64,000 nucleotides of DNA, from the NCBI GenBank assembly GCA_951406725.2, contig OX597838.1, positions 744,001-808,000 of the forward strand. The letters are read 5' to 3'. Shown here one piece after another: positions 57,061 to 64,000 of the stretch (positions are counted from its first letter, which is position 1; each line of letters begins with the position of its first letter). The stretch comes from Octopus vulgaris. Taxonomy: Eukaryota. The position numbers and the translations under genes were made by a program. The notes beneath the pieces were generated by a model. It made no database searches. It had not been told where the DNA came from and saw nothing but the letters and a program-made list of their open reading frames with translations.

Positions 57061-57995
57061 GCTACTACTGCTGCTGCTGCTGCTGCCTGTGGCAGCCCAT
57101 AGAACAGTGCAAACGGGACATTTGTATGTATTCTGATGTGAGAGAGGGGTGGGGGGTGAGGGGTAGGGAGTGCGGAAGAAGACATAGAAGTGGCGGATGT
57201 GATGTGTGACAGTCACGTGGTTCATTAAGAGACGGGGTGGGGCGCGGAGGGAGAGAGACATGTCAAATTATGACGTTCCATTCTCGGAACAGGGTTGTTG
57301 GTCACTCCTACCACCGCCACCACCAACGCCGCCGTCGCCGCCTCAACCGCCAGTAACTTCTCCACGCACCACCACCATCATATCAACATCATTACACTCC
57401 TACTCCCACCGCCATGACCACCACCACCAAACTTACCGTGTGATGCCATCGCCTCCACCAGCATCATAATTACTTGGCTACTACCACAACAATAATAACA
57501 GCATCAACGCCACTACATCGCCATCACTCATACTATCATCCCTTTTATTCAATGCCACCACCTCCGTCAACAACAACATCAACGTGAAGTCAAGCAAAAC
57601 TACTACACTCTAGATACTACAACATCACTACATCAATACTACTACCGCCACCACCACCACCACTACAACAACAACACCAGCAACAACAACAACGACGTCC
57701 AGTTCCGCATCCGTACCCAATGTTTAAAGACTTTATTAGCCATTTACACAGTCACTGAAGCATCAGCCATCTTTGTTACAGACGGGTTTTGATCTCGGCC
57801 ATGACACATACACATACACACACGCACGCATGCACACACACACACACGCACATTTACGCATATACACACATACCTAGATGTAGTGGGAGCTGTGCAGGGG
57901 GGAGGCAGGTTCTGTTAAATAAGATTATTACATTCACTGACATAGGAAGTCATCTTTGTGGCAAACATTTAATTGTTTTATATCAGCATACATGG

Positions 57996-58059
<64 letters not shown>

Positions 58060-58419
58060 GTGTGTGTGTGTGTATGTGTGTATGTGTATGGGTACGAGGT
58101 GTATTTATGTGTGGGTGTATGTCCTTCAGTTTATCTCACTCTCCGATCTAACTGTCTCTCTTTAGGTTGTTAGTTTTTTTCTCTCCCCCTCTCACTGCAC
58201 ACACACACTTACATATGTATGTATGAATATATATATCTTTGTGTGTGTATACATATATATATATATAAATATATGTATGCATATATGTATATATATATGT
58301 ATATATATAATATATAGCTACATACATACATGTATGTATATGTATATATATATATACACATATATACACATGCATACATACATATATATATGTATGTATA
58401 TCTATATATATATATATAC

Positions 58420-58468
<49 letters not shown>

Positions 58469-58544
58469 CATACACACACACACACATATTTATATATATA
58501 TACACACACATATATATGTATGTATTTTAAATTCATTTTCAGGT

Positions 58545-59930
58545 TCATCTCGCTCCTCGCGGATATCCTGGGATATCAGTGATGTTTCATGTCCTTCCTC
58601 ATCAGACACTCTCGCCCAATGAATTCAGCCGGGATTGATCAAGTTCCAGCTTCTATATCCTAAAAGCTGCAAACCCCTGGTCTCTGCTCACTCTATCCAA
58701 CGCCCCCTAGAGACCTTCTCTTCAGCTTCAGCGATGGAATTTCTAGCCCTCTCTCTTTGCTGCCCCAGTAATTCCAAGCCCAGCCAACACTTTATAAAAT
58801 GAACGCCCTACAAACCCACTTCGGTTGCCTCGCAACGATCTCAGTGTCACGGAAGCTTCCTCTCGTGAGGTTTTTGCATGTGTTCCTCTTCGAGTACAAT
58901 CAGTTCCCACACTAGCATCTGTCTGGTGGAATTTTAGATGATTATCTCTGGTCAGAGTATTGTCGGTACGATGTGATCTGGGAAGTTTAACCATTCTATG
59001 AGTTCCTCTCTCAGCGGCCAGTCTGGGGCTGAGGAATGTAAGCATGATGATCGTTGAAATTTCAGTGAGTTGGACTTCTCTCCGACCCTGATAAAAGTAA
59101 TGGTTTCTTTCTTGGACAGAATGGTTATCGATATCATATGCCAACCACCCTGAGCCACCTGGTTATGCCACCAGCGGTGGTGACCATCGGCTGAGGCCAT
59201 GGGGAAAATGCTGAGGAGTTGTTGAAAATACCCTCTTTTAGTGCACAAGGGACAGAGTGGTGCTTCAGTCTTGCCCCATGTAAGGCGGATTTTGCTGGAC
59301 TTGGTAAAGTGTCGTAGACAGCCTAGAGTAGAAATCTGATGCGCTCAGCGTTCGCCTTCTGGAGACGGAACACGGTAATTTTTTGCTATTATACGTTGGC
59401 CCATCTTGTCCAGGTTCTTTGTTGGCTGAGTCCCAACATCCTGCTAGCCTTCTTCAATGCCTATGCGAACTTCTTGGAGCATATAACGCTCTTTTGCTTT
59501 GACACTTCCAGTTTGGTGGGTTGGCAAATAGCCCAAGCCTGAGCACCCTCTCATCACCATCCCAACCAGAGCATTCTGCTTCAACCATTCCTCTGACACT
59601 TGCTACCTGTGCAAACTTCAATGCTACTTATGTGTTACTGAAATCTCTGTTCTTCAAGGCCTCACTTGTTCTTGCCACTCTGAACCCATCTGGGAGGTCA
59701 CTGGATGCGAGTCAGTCGTAATGTATTGGTTCACCCATACAGAGCAATACTGCTTAGCCTCCTTGGTAAGCCAGGTCACCTCTTCAACATTTTGCTAATC
59801 TTCCTCTCTAGGGATTCTACAGCAGACATGCTAACATCGTTTAATGACAGGGACCCCCAAATCCTGGACAGCATGGCATGCTGATACACCCAGGCTTTGA
59901 AGCGACTGGGCAATCCAGATTTGTCGGCAT
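58545..59930 (-). mobile_element. HERO-like (R2-group, RLE) non-LTR retrotransposon 3' fragment, decayed
   Basis: DKSGLPSRFKAWVYQH; CTKRGYFQQLLS...GHHRWWHNQV (degenerate CCHC and RHN); FPDHIVPT; GFVGRSFYKVLAGLGITG; 3' UTR at 58545-58680. Confidence 0.8.
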
Positions 59931-59934
59931 AGAT

Positions 59935-60081
59935 AAGTTTCACGCTGAAGCGATCGTCAAGCGAGAAAGGAAATCTAAACCATATTTTACTTAAACTTTT
60001 TCTGCGGTTCCAGTTTCATGTCACAGCGATTGTTAGTCTAGATTTCCTTTCTCGTTTGATGATCGCTTCAGCGTGAAACTT
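59935..60081. mobile_element. 147-bp MITE-like element with 43-bp terminal inverted repeats
   Basis: Arms 59935-59977 and 60039-60081 differ at 2 positions; GAT on both flanks (possible 3-bp TSD). Confidence 0.65.
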
Positions 60082-61001
60082 GATTCGCAGAAAAGAATTC
60101 GATTTACATCAGCGATAGACTTTATAATTGTATTAGTAGATAAAATATTGCGTGCGTGTGCGCGCATGTGTGCGTGTGTGTGTGTGTTTGCGTGTGTGTG
60201 ATTGTGTGTGAGTGCGTGTGTACACACACAAACACATACTGTGTGCAACCGATTTTCACAGTCCGGTGATTGCTCTTATTTTTGCCCCATTCACTTTTCA
60301 ATATTGCAATCCGCAAATATTTGCGATACAACCGTGACCGCACCGTCTTGTTTTACATTGCATCCTTCTTATTTCTTATTGTTGAGTCGTCCTGTTATTC
60401 CAGACGAAGCAGATCTCTGGTCAAATATGTTCCAGTCGCAGCCGTCCAACATTTGCTTAGGCATAGTCTATCAAGGACTACATTATCCAAAGTATCACGC
60501 CACCTTTTTTTTTGAAAAATATTATGACGTGGTTTGATGCAGATCTAGCTATTATTTCTCGCACTGGTTCATTATGGCAGCGTAGCCGACCGCAAGAGAC
60601 GTGGTTTTTACCATTCATTTGACCTCTTAGAAATAGCAACCAAATATCCCTCAGATCACTTCCTGCTGTCTTAAGAAGGAAACGATCGAAGTTAATGGGT
60701 GTCTGTGAAATTAGTGATAAGATTGTTCTCAATTTCTACACCTGGTGGTTATTACAACCAGATTTTTCTGATTCCTATCTCTGTCAAGGTCAGAAGCTTC
60801 AATAAACCTGATAATTATAGCCTCTTTAACTTGACCAGTGGTAAAACGGGTCCTTTTTAACCATGTAACACTTGGCGTATATTTACCAGAAGACATAAAC
60901 AATGAACAGTTAATTGTCAGAGTGCGGGTGTTGTCAGAGTTTGGACATTGTTAGAGTGTGGGCACTCTCAGATGATAGTGTTTCACTTTCAAATTGCTTT
61001 T

Positions 61002-61082
<81 letters not shown>

Positions 61083-61680
61083 ACTGTAGGCAGGAAGGTA
61101 GGAAGGTAGACTGGTAAGCAGGAAGGTAGGAAGGTAGACAGGTGGGAAGGTACGAAAGTAGATAGATAGGTAGATAGATAGGTAGGTAGGCAGGTAAGTA
61201 GATTTCCAAGGGCCCCATGAGACATATGAAACCGAGATGTGCTAATGTAGGTCACGTGGTCTCTTACAAATTTACAACTTCTTAAAATTTTCCTGCAGAC
61301 GCCATTGAATTATCTTCGTCAACTTTGATGAGATTTGACAGTTTCCGGAAGCAAATAAGACCTCTTCCTCCATCGATCCAACACTCTGCGATATCGAATC
61401 AGTTTGGAAATTCTTCTAAAGGCCACTCCGATATATTTCTGGCAAACCGGCGTTCTAAATGTCAAAGGTCACTCAAGGAAGGATTGGTTGACAAATTTGG
61501 GCAAATGAAGAAAGGTGATTGGGGTGGGTGCGGGTGGTGTAGTTGTGAGAGGAGGAGAATGAGAGAAAGAGAAGAGAAAGTGAGAAAACAGCGATAGGAG
61601 ATAACGTCTGTGTGTGTGTGAGAGAGGGAGGGGGTTGGAATGGAAGGTGGTGAACTGAGGTAGGGGTAAGGGTTTAAAAT

Positions 61681-61716
<36 letters not shown>

Positions 61717-62264
61717 TACACACACGTAGGTATACAGGTAGATAAATAGTTTAGCAGATAGGAAGGTAAGTAGGAAAACAGAGAGATTTGAGAAGTGAAA
61801 GAGAGAGAGAGACAGAGAGGAGACGATGGATATATGTATGCGTGTGTGTGTGTGTGTGTATATACATACATACATACATACATACATACATACATACATA
61901 CATGCAGGCAGGCATGCATATTGAGAAGGAAAGATTGAGAGGGAGAAGAGAGAGAGAGAGAGGAGGAAGAAAGTGATTGAAAGGTTGTAGTGGGAGATAA
62001 GTGTAAATAACAGAGGTGGATGGAATGGGATGTGGTGGTAGGAGAGAGATAGAAAGAGAGTAGGGAGAAAGAGGGGGGAGGCAAGGACAAGGAGAATATG
62101 GTTATGCTGTGTGTGTGTGCGTGTGTGTGTGTGTGTGTATATGCGTATACATATGTGTGTGTGTGACTACAGAAATTTCGTGCATTTTATTTCTTTGAAA
62201 ACAATTTGTAACAACAGCAACAACAACGAGAATAACAACAATAACTATTATTATTGTACTTGTT

Positions 62265-62489
62265 TTGGCACAACACCGGCAATTTGAGGGGAGGGGTTAA
62301 TCAACTACATCGTCCACTGTACTTAACTGGCACTTTATTTTATCAACTCCAACCCCAGGATTTCAACCCCGAACTGAAAGAGCCGGAAGAAATGGTTAAC
62401 AGCAGATTGACCGATTCGCTAACGATTCTACCAGCTTGCTGCTTTATATACTACCACCACCACCACCACTACTACTACTACTACTACTT

Positions 62490-62579
<90 letters not shown>

Positions 62580-62797
62580 TTAAATAATAATTGTTTCTAC
62601 TATAGGCACTAGTCTTGAAAATTCGGTGGAGGGGTTAAATTGCTTACATCGACCCCCAGTACTTAATTCATCGACCCCGAAAGGATGAGAGGCAAAGTCG
62701 ACCTCGGCGGAATTTGAACTCAGAACGTAGCGAGCGACGGGCGAAATACCGCTGAGCATTTCACCCGGCGTGCTAACGATTCTGCCAGCTCGCCCCC

Positions 62798-62846
<49 letters not shown>

Positions 62847-62854
62847 TAATAATG

Positions 62855-62909
<55 letters not shown>

Positions 62910-62917
62910 TAATAATG

Positions 62918-62950
<33 letters not shown>

Positions 62951-63120
62951 CACAAGGCCTGAAATTTTGGAGAAAGGCGATAGACGATTACATCGACTCC
63001 AGTGTTCAACTGGTTCTTATTTTATCGATCCTGATAAAATGAAAGGCTAAGTCGACCTCCACAGAATTTGAGCTGAAACGTAAAGGCTGGTGAAATGCTG
63101 GTAAGCATCAACGATTCTTG
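62265..63120 (-). mobile_element. Three same-orientation SINE copies (10266 family) separated by (TAA)/(TAC)n
   Basis: Copies at about 62265-62440, 62595-62800 and 62950-63120 share GCACAA/GCACTA...TACATCGA...GCTAACGATTCT-like blocks. Confidence 0.8.
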
Positions 63121-63275
63121 TAGTGTTTGTGAAGGTCGTCGCCAGAATCCCTTAAGGTAGGCCGCAAAAACATCAACAACAACGTCAACAACAATGCGGT
63201 GGTAATAACAGCAACAAACACAGCAATTAGTAAAACCAGTAACAACAACGACAAAAATAAGAAAACGGCTCTTAC

Positions 63276-63345
63276 CTCCATGTTGTGCCTGCTGGGAGGA
63301 TGCTCCTCCGACCAGACAACTTTAACAGCCAAAATGGCGGCGTAA
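63276..63345 (-). CDS. Probable first exon of a minus-strand gene (5' UTR plus Met-Glu, phase-0 intron); product unknown
   Basis: Minus strand: GCCGCCATTTTG ... GGCACAAC ATG GAG|GTAAGAG. Good Kozak context (A at -3, G at +4), ATG at 63281-63279, consensus donor at 63275. Confidence 0.55.
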
Positions 63346-63455
63346 GAAAATTGAAATATTGAAATTGTGATCCGGAAGTGTTGTACTGAAACATCCGTCA
63401 GAGGTCGCAGGCAGGATCACGTGGATCATACGATTGGATCTCGTGGATCATGTGG
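63330..63455 (-). promoter_or_regulatory. Core/proximal promoter candidate
   Basis: YY1 CAAAATGGCGGC (63330), ETS CCGGAAGT (63372), E-box TCACGTGG (63417) within repeated GGATC units. Confidence 0.55.
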
Positions 63456-63646
63456 CTTTGTGAGATCAAGGAGTTGCTCGAACAATGTCAACATCATCAG
63501 CAACAACCACAATAACATTAGTATCGCCTTTGCTATCATCATCATCATCATCATCATCATCATCGTCGTCATCATCAAAAATAGTATCAACCGAAGCAAT
63601 GTTAACCACAACTTAAACATGATGGTGATGGTCATAATGATGAGGG

Positions 63647-63678
<32 letters not shown>

Positions 63679-63863
63679 TTGGCAATAGTGATAGTAGTGA
63701 TGGTGATGACAACGGCCATAATTAGCGGTTGTTGTTGTCAATTAGTCTCAAGATTTGTTATTTGTGTTGTTTTTGTATTTATGGTCGCTTCTTTCTAATG
63801 ATTTTGGACATTCATGTTGTTCTTATAGGTGTTATTGCAGCAGCAGCAGCAACAGTGGTAGTA

Positions 63864-63913
<50 letters not shown>

Positions 63914-64000
63914 TTCTCAATTACATCTTCCTATTGTTAAGTATCACCACTTTAAATCTGTCATATTTCCAATATCGTCTCTCCACCCTCACCCCCTCTC

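Noticed and set aside
58580-58610. CTGATGA-GGAAGGACAT-GAAAC on minus strand in the HERO-like 3' UTR
   Set aside because: Intervening bases do not form stem II; treated as ordinary LINE 3' UTR

Overview
Eukaryotic (animal) genomic DNA, very likely a coleoid cephalopod (Octopus-like). This is inferred from the extreme microsatellite density ((TA)n, (CA)n, (TATG)n, (GATA)n, (TAA)n) and from the recurring tRNA-derived SINE families. No intact long protein-coding ORF is present, and nearly all ORF-track entries are microsatellite translations. The window contains decayed non-LTR retrotransposons from several clades (R4/Dong-like, HERO-like, CR1/L2-group, Tx1/L1-like), short Penelope-like remnants carrying minimal hammerhead-ribozyme motifs, an internally deleted Tc1/mariner element, two fold-back/MITE-like inverted repeats and many SINEs. 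Between the repeats lie unique, motif-rich islands. A probable promoter and first exon (ATG GAG|GTAAG) at about 63.3 kb on the minus strand suggests that much of the window is intronic or 5' regulatory sequence of a minus-strand gene. A GC3-rich 66-codon small ORF sits just downstream of a cluster of GTCACGTGAC-type E-boxes at about 25 kb. All family names are by-eye motif recognition, and element boundaries are approximate.
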